64,000 nucleotides of DNA from a virus (taxonomy: Duplodnaviria > Caudoviricetes), in the IMG/VR virus record IMGVR_UViG_3300001598_000004, positions 1-64,000 of that record, one strand, 5' to 3'. The notes beneath the pieces are model-generated. The model saw only the letters and a list, made by a program, of their open reading frames with translations, was not told the DNA's origin and searched no databases. Positions 19,305-30,170 of the stretch are shown here, piece after piece. Within the stretch, counting starts at the first letter, position 1. Each line of letters begins with the position of its first letter. The translations under genes were made by a program, and so were the position numbers.

Positions 19305-20393
19305 CTACACCTTGTCAGTTTCAAGGATATAGTAATTATCCATACCTGTGAATACAGGTGTTGCCCACATATCGTAGTCGATGAAACGACCCTCGTCAGT
19401 ACGCCATGTACCGATAAGGTTGTTGTCAACTGTAGAGTATGTCTTGTTTGGCAGTGGATCGATAGACTCAAGAGGGTCAGAAACCTTCAATACAGCTACA
19501 CGGTCAGCACACTGAGCAACAACACGATCGTCAACTGTGAAGTTAACAGATGTGCCATCAGCGAGTGTTGCGAAACGATCCTTCTCAATCTCGATTGTTG
19601 GGAGAAGAAGTGACTCGAGGTAAGCGTTTACGTCGTTCACTGAGAGGATTGATGTAGGAGTGATGTCAGCCTTTGCGAGCTTGAGCTTGAATGAAGCAAG
19701 GATCTGGTTACTCTGGCACATCTTACGGAATGTGCGCTTAGACATACGGAGGCGACGGATAACGCGACCATGAGCCTGTGCGTAATCCTCAAGAGCCTGA
19801 ATATCGTCAAGAGGTGTAGCAGTAGCCTGACCCCATGTAGCAACCTTTGCTTGGAACTTCTTCACGTTAAGGCTGTAAGTGAAGGAAACGTTAGCAGAAG
19901 TGTTGTTTGTGCGAGAAACGGTCTGAGTACCATTGAAAAGACCCTCGAAGTAGAGCATATCAATACGCTTCTGAGGAGCGATGACAGCAGCATCGTAAGG
20001 ACGATAAAGGAACTCAATGAGCTTGCGGAACTCGTCGTTGTCCTGTGCAGGAGTGTAGCTCGCACGCTTGTCGCGATAACGACCCTCAAGGAGATAGAAC
20101 TGCTCAAGGCGGTCATTATCCATCTGCCACTTATCAGCCATGTGTGAGAGAGCGCCAGTGATCTGCTCGATTGTTGGCATCAAGTGAGTAGGCTTCTTAC
20201 CATTCTTGTCGATTACAGAACCGACCATAGCAGCAGTGTACTCTGCGAGGTTTGCCTGATAAACCTTATGAGCACTGAACTCAACATCTATTTCCTTCTT
20301 CCACTCTGCCTGATAGGTAGAGAGCTTCATGTTGTCCTGAATGAAGGCATCGAAGAACTTTGGTTCAAGGAGTTTTGAAACTATAGAATCCAT
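19305..20393 (-). CDS. Major capsid protein
   Basis: 362 aa, after scaffold and decoration genes; strongly biased codon usage. Confidence 0.8.
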   Translation of the reverse strand: MDSIVSKLLEPKFFDAFIQDNMKLSTYQAEWKKEIDVEFSAHKVYQANLAEYTAAMVGSVIDKNGKKPTHLMPTIEQITGALSHMADKWQMDNDRLEQFYLLEGRYRDKRASYTPAQDNDEFRKLIEFLYRPYDAAVIAPQKRIDMLYFEGLFNGTQTVSRTNNTSANVSFTYSLNVKKFQAKVATWGQATATPLDDIQALEDYAQAHGRVIRRLRMSKRTFRKMCQSNQILASFKLKLAKADITPTSILSVNDVNAYLESLLLPTIEIEKDRFATLADGTSVNFTVDDRVVAQCADRVAVLKVSDPLESIDPLPNKTYSTVDNNLIGTWRTDEGRFIDYDMWATPVFTGMDNYYILETDKV

Positions 20394-20420
20394 TGTGTGT
20401 CTGTGTTAAATGTTAAACAA

Positions 20421-20966
20421 TTAGAGCTTGAAAGCGTGACGATCTGTAAGACCAGCCTTGATAGCCTCGCTGAGTGGATAAGGAAGTGTATCCTCCTCGA
20501 TCTCATAAGCCTGTAGGGTTGGAGTTACTGTTACCTGACCGCGCATCTTAACACTTGCGTAGTTAAGACCGAGCACCTTCTTAGTGCCAAGAGTGTCAAC
20601 TACCTCGTCCTTCTCAACTGCTGCGCTGAGAGCTGCTACTGTAAGAGTGTCGTAGCCTGTAGCAGATGTGATCTTAGAGATTGCAGAGCCGTTAATTACG
20701 TCACCTACCTCAAGAAGATGACCCTTGGCTACCTTCAAACTTGTTGCTGATGCGTTAGCTGCCTCGTAAGCTACAGCAGTCTTAATGAGAACAGCGTTAC
20801 CTGTGGTTGCGTCAAGAGCGAGTGGTGCGCCCTTTGGAAGCCACTTTGTCTCGTCTGTAGAGAAAGATGACTTAGTGAAGTCATAGCCACCGATACGGCG
20901 ACGGCAAGACTCTTCATCCCACTTACCCTCTGTCAGAACGTCTGGTTTTGTTGATTCGTAAAACAT
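20421..20966 (-). CDS. Head decoration protein
   Basis: KWLPKGAPLALD motif; upstream of capsid gene. Confidence 0.6.
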   Translation of the reverse strand: MFYESTKPDVLTEGKWDEESCRRRIGGYDFTKSSFSTDETKWLPKGAPLALDATTGNAVLIKTAVAYEAANASATSLKVAKGHLLEVGDVINGSAISKITSATGYDTLTVAALSAAVEKDEVVDTLGTKKVLGLNYASVKMRGQVTVTPTLQAYEIEEDTLPYPLSEAIKAGLTDRHAFKL

Positions 20967-20995
20967 AGCGTTAAAAAAATTTGTGTTTGTGTTGT

Positions 20996-21664
20996 TTAAG
21001 ACTTTTTGTTAGCAGATCCTTCCTCTGCCATCTTGTGCATACGAGCGATAAGGTCGTCTGTTTCACCTATGCCGCCCGCCTTTGGCTTCTCAACAAAGCC
21101 TTCCTGTTGAACAAGCTGCTGCTTCATAGTAGCATAATCAGTTTCGATCTGTGAAGCTATTGTCTCAAGATCCTCTGCCTTATCCAACGAATAACGGCTA
21201 CGAAAGAAGTCGGGGATGTCTTTAACCTTTGAGTGCGCAAAGAGCTGTGCTCTGAGTTGAGTAGATTTCTCTCTTGCCTCATACTCCGCAATCTTGTCGT
21301 TGAGTTCCTTAGTTTTTGAGCTGATGCCCTCCGCAATAAGGTTCTGAACCTGCTCCAGAGTAAGACCTTCCTCTGATTTCTTCTCTGGCTCTTTGTTCTT
21401 TGCCTCTGCGAGAAGTTTCTCAACATCCTGTGGACTCTTGAAGTCTTTAAATCCTTCTCTGATTGCAGTTACCTGTCGGCTTGCACTCTTTTGCATAATT
21501 TCGGCGATTGGAATAACACTCTTAGCAAGATTGTCTATCTCTTCGTCGGTTGATGTCTCTGTGAGATTCTTACTGTAAAGATTGGCAAGACTCTCAATTT
21601 CTTCTTTGCTCAACCCTTTGTCCTTAATCAGAGGTTTAAGCACTTCTAAAAATTTCTTTGTCAT
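20996..21664 (-). CDS. Capsid scaffolding protein
   Basis: Charged helical protein, first gene of head operon. Confidence 0.6.
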   Translation of the reverse strand: MTKKFLEVLKPLIKDKGLSKEEIESLANLYSKNLTETSTDEEIDNLAKSVIPIAEIMQKSASRQVTAIREGFKDFKSPQDVEKLLAEAKNKEPEKKSEEGLTLEQVQNLIAEGISSKTKELNDKIAEYEAREKSTQLRAQLFAHSKVKDIPDFFRSRYSLDKAEDLETIASQIETDYATMKQQLVQQEGFVEKPKAGGIGETDDLIARMHKMAEEGSANKKS

Positions 21665-21695
21665 CGTTTATGTGTGATATGTTAAAAATCCGCTA

Positions 21696-21750
21696 CAAAA
21701 ATATAGTTTTTTAATCAAAAAAGAAATTTTCTGATTAATCACGAATAAAC
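21696..21750 (-). promoter_or_regulatory. Late promoter: GTTTATTCG-N38-TATTTTTG
   Basis: Bacteroidetes -7 element at 21696-21703; motif at 21742-21750. Confidence 0.7.
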
Positions 21751-21782
21751 ATCAATAAAAATCCTTTCATTTTTCCCACTTT

Positions 21783-22217
21783 TTAGCCGTTTTGCGACGG
21801 TTTTACCCTTTCTCTGGAATAACTACCAAGCAAAACTTGTTTCTTGGGCATAAAGCGTTTTATTTTACTATGGATCTTGTCAAAGCTGTATGCGTCTTTG
21901 TTCTTTATGCGGCAAAGGTGATAGTCGAGCTTTCGTATGTTTGCGCTTCGGTTGTCGTCGAGTCGCTTCTGATCCTTCGTTTCGTGGTAGCCGCCATCTA
22001 CCTCGATGATGAGTCGAAGGGAAGGAACATAGATGTCGGCATAGTATGTCTTTCTTGGTGTAGTAATCGGGTACTGAGGTAAGAACCTTAGTCCGAGCCT
22101 ACTCAACGCCCTCCCGACGGCACTCTCTGCTTTCGTAGTTGATGCTAACAATTCTCTTCGGAAATTTGAAGAAAACAGCTTTTTGTTTTTTTCTTTTTTA
22201 TTTTTTTCTTTTAGCAT
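21783..22217 (-). CDS. DUF559/Vsr-like endonuclease
   Basis: AESAVGRAL...YYADIYVPSLRLIIEVDGGYH...D..R motifs. Confidence 0.8.
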   Translation of the reverse strand: MLKEKNKKEKNKKLFSSNFRRELLASTTKAESAVGRALSRLGLRFLPQYPITTPRKTYYADIYVPSLRLIIEVDGGYHETKDQKRLDDNRSANIRKLDYHLCRIKNKDAYSFDKIHSKIKRFMPKKQVLLGSYSRERVKPSQNG

Positions 22218-22259
22218 AATAATATATATATTTTAAGCTTTCTTTTTCTTATATCTTTT

Positions 22260-22380
22260 TCTTTATCTTTATCATATGCCCCTACCCCTGCCCCAGAAGC
22301 TGGGGCTACGGCTGGGGCAGAGCCTACCCCAGAAACTGGGGCTACGGCTGGGGCAGAGCCTACCCCAGAAACTGGGGCAG
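22260..22380. repeat. Iteron-like 36-bp tandem repeat (about 2.25 copies) homologous to part of the replication gene
   Basis: Units at 22300-22335 and 22336-22371; 22-bp CTGGGGCAGAGCCTACCCCAGA is identical to 62356-62377. Confidence 0.85.
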
Positions 22381-22381
22381 A

Positions 22382-22406
22382 AATAAAGGCTTAACTCGCC
22401 TTTATT
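22382..22406. terminator. Hairpin AATAAAGGC-N7-GCCTTTATT
   Basis: Perfect 9-bp inverted repeat. Confidence 0.6.
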
Positions 22407-22440
22407 GTTGTAGTGGAGCTGAGAGCCTTGTTTTTGTGGG

Positions 22441-22448
22441 CAAAAATA
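22441..22448 (-). promoter_or_regulatory. Leftward -7 element (TATTTTTG)
   Basis: Matches TAnnTTTG in a divergent intergenic region. Confidence 0.5.
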
Positions 22449-22518
22449 CTAAGAATTATATTAAACTAATCATTTCTTCTTAAAAAATATTAAAAATTTG
22501 TTTATTTTAATGTTTTTC

Positions 22519-22555
22519 TGATTAGTTTAATATAATTTTACCCCATCAAACATTT
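22519..22555 (+). promoter_or_regulatory. Early promoter cassette 1 (TGATTAGTT-N5-TAATTTTA-N3-CATCAAACATT)
   Basis: Same architecture recurs at about 31309, 34402 and 38661. Confidence 0.65.
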
Positions 22556-22581
22556 TGTCTAACTTTTAAACATTAAGTTTT

Positions 22582-22692
22582 ATGGAGATTATCATCTTAT
22601 CAGTTCTAACAGTTTCAGTAGCTTTCATTTTCGGAAGCATAATCGGTCAGGCAATTTACAATTACTTGGCAAAACTATTAAGTGACAAATGA
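22582..22692 (+). CDS. 36-aa hydrophobic membrane peptide
   Basis: Manual translation: MEIIILSVLTVSVAFIFGSIIGQAIYNYLAKLLSDK. Confidence 0.55.
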   Translation: MEIIILSVLTVSVAFIFGSIIGQAIYNYLAKLLSDK

Positions 22693-22859
22693 GCAAATCA
22701 GACACAGAGTTAATCAACAAAGCAGAAAACACCGACGACTTCTGCGCTCTTTGCGACTTGGAAATGCTTGCCGTTTCCAGTGTCGCAAAAAGTGTGATCC
22801 ATAGCCTCGCCGTTAGAGCCTACCACTTGGAAGAGTATTCCGTTTATGGAGAAATGTAA
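22689..22859 (+). CDS. 56-aa hypothetical protein
   Basis: Manual ORF, coupled by ATGA overlap. Confidence 0.5.
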   Translation: MSKSDTELINKAENTDDFCALCDLEMLAVSSVAKSVIHSLAVRAYHLEEYSVYGEM

Positions 22860-23268
22860 CCCAAATCATAAAGTAATGGCACAGGAACGAACCGTAGGAT
22901 GCGGAAGGGGTAGATACCCTCGCACACAAGGCGATTATTCTTTGAAAAGTGAGTGGTTCAAGAACCTCTCTCCTGAGAAGCAAGCAAGACGCATCAAGGC
23001 GATTCAAGCCTTAGTCAACGCGAAAAGTCGAGGTTTCACGCAGATATGTATTGTTATTGACAAAGAAGGTAATGCAAGGAGATTTGAGAGCATCAAGGAA
23101 GCCGCAGAAGCCTGCGGTGTAACAATCTATACAGCTCGCAACAACATCTATCTGAACCGAAATAACCATAATGGTAGTAACGATCATACGACGTTGCGTG
23201 ATAAGCTTCGTTTTTACAACTACGAAAACCCTGTTTGGAAAACCAAAGCTAAAAACACTATTCTATGA
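22846..23268 (+). CDS. NUMOD1-like HTH DNA-binding protein
   Basis: RRFESIKEAAEACGV motif. Confidence 0.55.
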   Translation: MEKCNPNHKVMAQERTVGCGRGRYPRTQGDYSLKSEWFKNLSPEKQARRIKAIQALVNAKSRGFTQICIVIDKEGNARRFESIKEAAEACGVTIYTARNNIYLNRNNHNGSNDHTTLRDKLRFYNYENPVWKTKAKNTIL

Positions 23269-23579
23269 AAAGAGAATACGATTATTTTACAGCGGCATTT
23301 TTCTTTCTGCGCGTTTCATTAGGTATATTCCGAAGGATTATATGGAACGCAACAGAAAAGGTTCTTACACGCCTTCTCTATGCCGTTTTTCGCACTCCTA
23401 ATTGGCTCGTACATCATCCGTGGGCGATAGTGGCTATCTTGGTCGTCGTTATCGCGATCCAACAAGTGAAAATTATCAACTTGTCTGTAAATGCAAATAG
23501 CACAAGTCACAGGATGTGGGAAATGCAAGTCCAGCTTGACTCAGCTTGCATGACTAACTATAAACTATCAAAATACTAA
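23265..23579 (+). CDS. Membrane protein
   Basis: Hydrophobic segment PWAIVAILVVVIAI. Confidence 0.55.
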   Translation: MKREYDYFTAAFFFLRVSLGIFRRIIWNATEKVLTRLLYAVFRTPNWLVHHPWAIVAILVVVIAIQQVKIINLSVNANSTSHRMWEMQVQLDSACMTNYKLSKY

Positions 23580-23583
23580 AAGG

Positions 23584-24450
23584 ATGTATATTTTTTCGAC
23601 TGATCCAAAGCTCAAAGGGCGAGACTTCATTACTCGCAAGATGTCACAGGAAGAAGCCAACGACCTCTTTCAAGATATGACCGCCCGCGTGAAATGTATG
23701 ATGGCTGTAGTCAATAGTGCCGCATACATAACGATGATGGACGCGATAGATAAAGTCAAGAAGAAACCTATCTACAAAGGCAAAATAAAACAGCTCTTCA
23801 ATTCTGCTATAACATCATACAACAAACATGAACGCGATCTAAAATGGGGTAAATTTCAAGGTATAGAGTTCTTCGGACCGAGGAAGAGAACCGAAGATGA
23901 ATTGATGCGAGGCATAGAACAAGCTACAAGGGATGACCTGTATGATTGGTATCTTGACATAGGAGCTTGTGCTTACAAACGCACAAACAATGAGATAGAA
24001 GGTATGCGTAAGGCGATCCTCGAAGTCCTTGACAAGAATAATATCGACGACAAAGATGATTTGTCTTACATCCTTATCGCTGATACAATGCTCGAGTACT
24101 CTTGTTCTATCTACGACCAGTTGATGAAAGAGTTTAAGGCGATGTCTCAGGTAGATTTATCCGAAGCCTTTCGCCCATTCCGATTAACAAACACTTACCG
24201 ATATTATGACGATGCAATCGGAATTATCACGAAAGCTGCAATCAAAGGACATGGCAGGATCAACCTCAATGAAGAGGAAAACATAATGGAGGCATTCAGA
24301 ATCCTCGATACGAAGATGATTGAAGATGTAAACAATATGGACTCTGCCGACGAAGCAATATCTGAAAACCTAAAGATGTTGTCGCCAGAGGTGTATGCGC
24401 AATACAGGGATCTTCGTGACACTCCACAACAACCAGTAACTATTCAATAA
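23584..24450 (+). CDS. Hypothetical phage protein (288 aa)
   Basis: Long ORF in operon. Confidence 0.7.
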   Translation: MYIFSTDPKLKGRDFITRKMSQEEANDLFQDMTARVKCMMAVVNSAAYITMMDAIDKVKKKPIYKGKIKQLFNSAITSYNKHERDLKWGKFQGIEFFGPRKRTEDELMRGIEQATRDDLYDWYLDIGACAYKRTNNEIEGMRKAILEVLDKNNIDDKDDLSYILIADTMLEYSCSIYDQLMKEFKAMSQVDLSEAFRPFRLTNTYRYYDDAIGIITKAAIKGHGRINLNEEENIMEAFRILDTKMIEDVNNMDSADEAISENLKMLSPEVYAQYRDLRDTPQQPVTIQ

Positions 24451-24460
24451 ACCAACAACT

Positions 24461-25889
24461 ATGACAGAAAGAGAATTATTCTATGCGGTTTTTCGCAATT
24501 TCCAAGCGGACTATTGCGGTCTTGATATGAAAGGTACATTGGTGTACTATAAAGGCGAGTGTAAGTTTAACACCGATGGTTTTAACCTTCGCCATAACTT
24601 GAAAATGCTTTGTAAGACCCTCGAAAATTAATTACGTTAGGTAAGTATGGGATCATATACAATACGGAGGACTCACAACCTTTATCAGGTGGTTGAGAAT
24701 GGCATTAAGACCATATATCAAGACAATAATTTGGCAAGGATCAAGGAATTTATCCGTAGATCCAAGAATGAGTTGAAAACACTAAACCAAAAAGGGTGCG
24801 GAATGAGCCATCAGGCTCACGCGCTCAAATATTCACGAACAATTAACTCGTGAGGATATGACAACAACTCTAACATATGAGCAAAAACTTAAAGAGATTA
24901 GGGCGCAACACGTTAAAGAGCATAAACATCTTTACTACATAAAGAATCGTGAACGATATATCGCGTATAGTCGAGAGTATAGCAAGACATACCAACGTAG
25001 TGAGGTTCAGATACGGAAATATCGTAATACCGAGAATGAGAAGTATCGCAATGACCCTATCTTTAGAGAGAAAGCCAAAGCCAGATCTCTTCGTAACCAT
25101 CGCAAGAAAAAGGTTCGTAAGATCCTGACAATACTCGAATCAATAATAACGAAGAAACTATGCCAACAATAGAAGAAAAAGGCAATGGAGGAATAAGGAT
25201 GAAATACAGAATCAAATTAACAGAAGAGCAGTATGACCACATTGAGCAATGTGTAGAGGTCTGCCATCGTATTGCTTGCGGGCAAATTGAGGCAATCAAT
25301 GAGATATTGCCGAACATCATAAACTACAATGATCTTCTTGACCTCAAGAAAATTGCATTTCCTGAGTTATCGAGATATGAATCTTATGGATGGAATGGTG
25401 GCTATCGTGGTACAGGGCATGATGAAGATTTTTGTAAAGCATTCGATAAATTTCAGGCACAAGGCTATCAGATATGGCATCATATGTTATATATCCGTAA
25501 TGTTGCCAAGAATATAGACAATGTTTACTCGTTTCCTACTCTTCCCACTAATAAAGCAGAACAGCCAATTATAGAAGTGATAAAATAATAGAGGAATAAA
25601 TATGGAAGCAAAAGAATTGATGATTAACGACATCGTGGGTTCTCGTTTTCAAGCACGCCTTGAGGTTATGTGAATTGAATAACATAGCTGACAATTTTAA
25701 AGTGTAGTATGCATGTCATTATACAAAGCTATTGAGCACCAAAAGGAACATAGACAGCAGTACCGAGGTGCTAAATTATATAGTTGTAAATGTCGCAATC
25801 ACGGCTCTTGCTCTTGGTGCGAAAGGAGTAGAACGTTCAATAATATCAAACGGCTTGAAAAGTCAAAATCAATGGAGGAACAAATATGA
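24461..25889 (+). other. Cluster of small hypothetical ORFs (incl. 24858-25172, 25160-25588, 25713-25889 with CRNHGSCSWC)
   Basis: ORF track plus manual translation. Confidence 0.55.
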
Positions 25890-26479
25890 AGAAGATAATG
25901 TTTAACGATAAGTACGGACTGACAGATGCTGTACTTGAAGGTCGTAAGACGCAGACAAGACGTATTGCCTATGATGGAATAGTGAAAGATCCAAATATCG
26001 GCTATGGCTTGGAGGGAAGCGAAAAAGACAAATGTGTTCTTTGTAGCGGTTGTATGATAGTCGCAAAATCAACATATCATGTCGGCGAAGAGATAGCTAT
26101 TGCTCAGAGATATTCGGAATGTTTTCGCGCGGTATGCCTTGAGAACAGCAAAGGTTGGAATAACAAGATGTTCGTAATGGCAGAGTTAATGCCGCATCGC
26201 ATAAAGATAACCAATATCCGTGTTGAGCGTCTGCAAGACATCAGCGAGGAGGATTGCTTGAAGGAGGGTGTGTATTATCATACGGAGCCACCGAGACATC
26301 ACGAATATGACAGGTATTCTCCATGGAGCCCAAGTGTAAAGCCTTACAAGTTTGAAAGCGAGAAGTATTTTTGTTCTGCTAAATATGCGTTTAAGCACCT
26401 TATTGAAAAGGTGAGTGGCAAAGGAACCTGGGATTCAAATCCTTATGTGTTTGTGTATGACTTTGAATTAATAAAATAA
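25886..26479 (+). CDS. ASCH/PUA-like domain protein
   Basis: MFNDKYGLTDAVLEGRKTQTRR (GxKxxExR-like) and WDSNPYVFVYDF motifs. Confidence 0.75.
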   Translation: MKKIMFNDKYGLTDAVLEGRKTQTRRIAYDGIVKDPNIGYGLEGSEKDKCVLCSGCMIVAKSTYHVGEEIAIAQRYSECFRAVCLENSKGWNNKMFVMAELMPHRIKITNIRVERLQDISEEDCLKEGVYYHTEPPRHHEYDRYSPWSPSVKPYKFESEKYFCSAKYAFKHLIEKVSGKGTWDSNPYVFVYDFELIK

Positions 26480-26484
26480 TAATT

Positions 26485-28945
26485 ATGGATAAATACACAA
26501 TTTATTGCACCTCAGAGCAGACCAAAAAGGCTCTTGCACTTGGTGCGCCGATAGACCATAGTGGTGTTCCTTTCGAAGACTTAGAATCACTCGGATATAG
26601 TGAATATTATAAAACAAAAATTTATGGGATTATTCCTACCGCAGAGCAGATGATTGGATGGTTACGTAGTAAAGGGTTTAGATTTAAAATAGACGAATTA
26701 TCCGACATCACCCCAGCATATAGAGTAACATTTGGTTATTGGTATAGAAACGGACAAAGTAGTAATCCTAAAGAAGCTACTCTCGCTGCCATTGATGCGG
26801 CGTTGGAGTATTTAATCAATAATAAGAAATGAAAAGGAAGGATGTGCTTATAGAATTATTTACTGATGCAGTAATTGTTATAATTGTATCAATAGTAACA
26901 AGTGTATTAATGCAATGTGTTAATAACTAATACAGAAAATATGGAAAATTTTGATAATGTAAAAGTAGGCGACGAGGTAGCTGTCTGTATAAGATCAGGA
27001 AAGCATATCAAAAAGGTCGATAAAGTCACTCCTAAACGCTTTAAGATCGGATCGGCATACTTCAACAAGAAAGATGGGTGTATCTTCGGATCCTCATATC
27101 ATATCAGCCATTGTGAGATCCTTACAGATGAGCTTCGTGAAGAGATCGCCCACAGTGAACGTATCGGGAAGATGCGAACCAAGCTCTGTAATGTGAATAT
27201 GTATTCGTTCAATTCCGAACAGGTAGAGAAATTGTATGCTTTCATGGTAGAAAACTCACTAATCATAGATAATTAATTATGACAAAAGAATTAGCAAAAG
27301 CAATCGTCAAAGAAATAGCAAAGCAAGAAATGGAAGATTGCTTCAAATGTGCACTCACGGAATTTTGTGACCGTATCGAAGGCGTAATATGTATTGATGC
27401 CGTTCATTCATTAAAAGCAATGGAGAAATGAGTATGACAGATAAAGAAATTATAGAAGTTGTTCAAGCTCATAGCGAGGGTGAGCAAATACAATTCCGTG
27501 ATTTCAATATTCCTACTTGGACTGATTGCATCGATAATGAACCTGTGTGGAATTTTGGTGCGACAGAATACAGAGTGAAACCAGAATCAAAGATTCATCC
27601 TTATAAAGACCGTGACGAGTGTTGGAACGATATGCAGAACCATCAACCTTTCGGATGGATTAAACATAAACATCATGGTAATTATTTTTGTCTTGTAGCA
27701 ATGGAAAGTTGTACTCATTTTGAGGATCTTTTTAAAAAATACATTTATGTTGATGGTTCGCCATTCGGAATAGTAGAGGAGGAATAAAACAATGAAAAAG
27801 ACAGAAAGAATAGAGAAGTTCGTTCGTAACAACGACTTAGAGTACGTAACACTTGCTGACGGCACAGAGGCTATCATCGGTAAGATGGACTTCATGGAAA
27901 TGTATCATTTCGCACACCTCAACCACTTGCGTGTGCAAGTTGTTATACAACGCGATGGTGGGGAATGGACGTTGAGCGAATATATACCTACCGAAGGAGT
28001 GGATATCAAGTACATTCTCTACAATGAAAATTTAGGGCATAACTATTGCAATCTTTATTATAAGAACTATGTTGACGAATTGCTTCAAACACCACTTACT
28101 GAACGCCTTATACAAAATGGTGCAAAGCCGTCGGAATTTATAGCGATGATGGAAGAAGTTAAGGCGGTGAAGGAATTGCTCGAAAGTGGCAAAGCTGGTT
28201 ATGATAAGCCATTGCAAATCGTCATCAATAGAGAAACCCTTTCGGTAGAAGTTATATCCCAAAGCCCTACGTATGTATCCTTTCACGGCATAACATACGC
28301 CGTCGCAATGATGGAGGTTACAAAGCAGATGACTCTCGACATCAAGGATCGCGCTTTAAATCACGGCGCAGTTACTTGTATCGCAGGACAGATGCCAGAG
28401 GAGTTATTTGAAATTCTCACGGAAGAAGAGAAAGATAAGCACGATCTAAGTATATGCCCAAAAGAGTCAGAGTATGATCACTACCTATTTGGTCCTTTTA
28501 TCGTTCTCGATACGGATAACTTTTTAGGATACGCTTACCGAACTTCGTTTGATGGCAAGATATGGTATTGGTCGGGAGGGGAGCATACTAATATCACCCT
28601 TGCCAAGTCAGATGATTTGTTCCCATATCATAGCATAATATCAGAAGATACTCGCGAGGAACGCTCCCATGATTTGGATGTTGCAGCTTGGCAGATACCA
28701 GACATCGTAGAGACGGACAGGTACGGAGAGTTGATAAAGATGCCGAAATGAGCAGAGAAGAATTTAACAGTATCGGATGGACTAAAGAGTGTGTCGTCCG
28801 AGATAAGTTCGGGCACGAAGGACATATCTTGACAGTATTCTTTGAGTATGGAGTCATACATTATGATGATGACGTAAAGAAATGCTCATTCGGTCGTCAT
28901 TATAGAGAACTTACCTTCGTTGGCAAGATACCAAAGCAATTATAA
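26485..28945 (+). other. Cluster of hypothetical ORFs (26485-26832, 26941-27276, 27428-27787, 27792-28751, 28748-28945)
   Basis: Tightly packed ORFs, no recognised function. Confidence 0.6.
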
Positions 28946-28946
28946 T

Positions 28947-29336
28947 ATGAGAAAAAATAAGCAATACACTCCAAGAACTTATTACACCCCTGACGAAATC
29001 CTGAAAATTCGGGAGTTAAGGGGGAAGGGCGCAACAATCAAGGAAGTCGCGGAAATTATAGGCAGAAATATAGGATCTGTATGTAGTGCCTGTGAACGAT
29101 ACCATATCCCTTTCACAAGAAAACGCAAGAGTGACGTAAAATGGGATGAAAAGACCTTAGACCGCCTTTGCTTGCATTACCTTCGAGGAGATTCACGAAA
29201 GATGTTATCGGAAGAGTTCAACGTTTCAATTAACTCCATATCCGTACTTCTAACGAGGGAACGGAAAGCTGGCAGATTCCTCCCTTACGTCAATCAAGGC
29301 AGACCAAGAAAGAATTACGTTTTACCTTTTGAATAA
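28947..29336 (+). CDS. Tandem HTH DNA-binding protein
   Basis: [17 protein letters not shown] and [17 protein letters not shown] helix-turn-helix patterns. Confidence 0.65.
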   Translation: MRKNKQYTPRTYYTPDEILKIRELRGKGATIKEVAEIIGRNIGSVCSACERYHIPFTRKRKSDVKWDEKTLDRLCLHYLRGDSRKMLSEEFNVSINSISVLLTRERKAGRFLPYVNQGRPRKNYVLPFE

Positions 29337-29344
29337 ATCAATGT

Positions 29345-29776
29345 ATGGAAATTAAAGTTATCAACAAAGGTAGCCAAGAACTACCAAAGTATCAAACACC
29401 ACAGAGTGCAGGCATGGATCTCCGTGCCAACATCAATGAGCCAATCGTGCTCGCCCCACTTGACCGTAAATTAATTCCGACAGGACTCTACATCGCTCTA
29501 CCAGTAGGTTATGAGGCACAGATCCGTCCTCGTAGCGGTCTTGCATTGAAGCACGGCGTTACAGTTTTGAACGCCCCTGGTACTATCGATGCAGACTATC
29601 GTGGCGAGGTAGGTGTCGTGCTGATAAACCTATCGGAAGAGCCTTTCACAATCAACGCAGGCGAGAGAATCGCACAAATGGTTATCGCTAAGTATGAGCA
29701 AGCAACCTTCGTAGAGGTTGAGTCTTTAGATGAAACAGAACGCAACGGCGGCTTCGGCAGCACAGGTAGAAAATAA
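29345..29776 (+). CDS. dut: Trimeric dUTPase
   Basis: [25 protein letters not shown] and RNGGFGSTG motifs. Confidence 0.96.
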   Translation: MEIKVINKGSQELPKYQTPQSAGMDLRANINEPIVLAPLDRKLIPTGLYIALPVGYEAQIRPRSGLALKHGVTVLNAPGTIDADYRGEVGVVLINLSEEPFTINAGERIAQMVIAKYEQATFVEVESLDETERNGGFGSTGRK

Positions 29777-29800
29777 TAACAATCTTAAATTACAAACAAA

Positions 29801-30109
29801 ATGAACAATCTATTCGGTTCGCTTGACCTTACAAACACAGGCAAGCTCGTTAGAGAGGAAGGACTCTCTACTACATTCGTTAGACAGGATGGATCTAAGA
29901 TCCTTAACCTCGGTATCAACATCGTCTTTAATCGTGACGCACAAGGCAATATCTGCGCCAACGAAAAAGGCATCATCGGCAACATCTTTGCATCTTGCAC
30001 AAAGGATAAGCAGAAGGAAGGCGTTTCATACTTCATCGCTTCACTCCGCGAAAGCACATCAGGCGAAAGAGCTGCAACCAAAGAAGAGGTAGAGAACCTC
30101 CCATTTTAA
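29801..30109 (+). CDS. Putative single-stranded DNA-binding protein
   Basis: Acidic C-terminal tip ending EEVENLPF. Confidence 0.45.
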   Translation: MNNLFGSLDLTNTGKLVREEGLSTTFVRQDGSKILNLGINIVFNRDAQGNICANEKGIIGNIFASCTKDKQKEGVSYFIASLRESTSGERAATKEEVENLPF

Positions 30110-30127
30110 TATCTCCTACTAAACGAA

Positions 30128-30154
30128 GAGGGCGCACCATTACGATGCGCCCTC
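30128..30154. terminator. Hairpin between convergent genes
   Basis: GAGGGCGCA-N9-TGCGCCCTC. Confidence 0.75.
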
Positions 30155-30170
30155 AATTAATATATGTATG

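Noticed and set aside
11881-20378. Numerous plus-strand ORFs of 60-236 aa overlapping structural genes
   Set aside because: Antisense shadows of codon-biased minus-strand genes, with no motifs or start signals.
22300-22380. 36-bp repeats as a CRISPR array
   Set aside because: Units are directly tandem with no spacers and match the replication gene.
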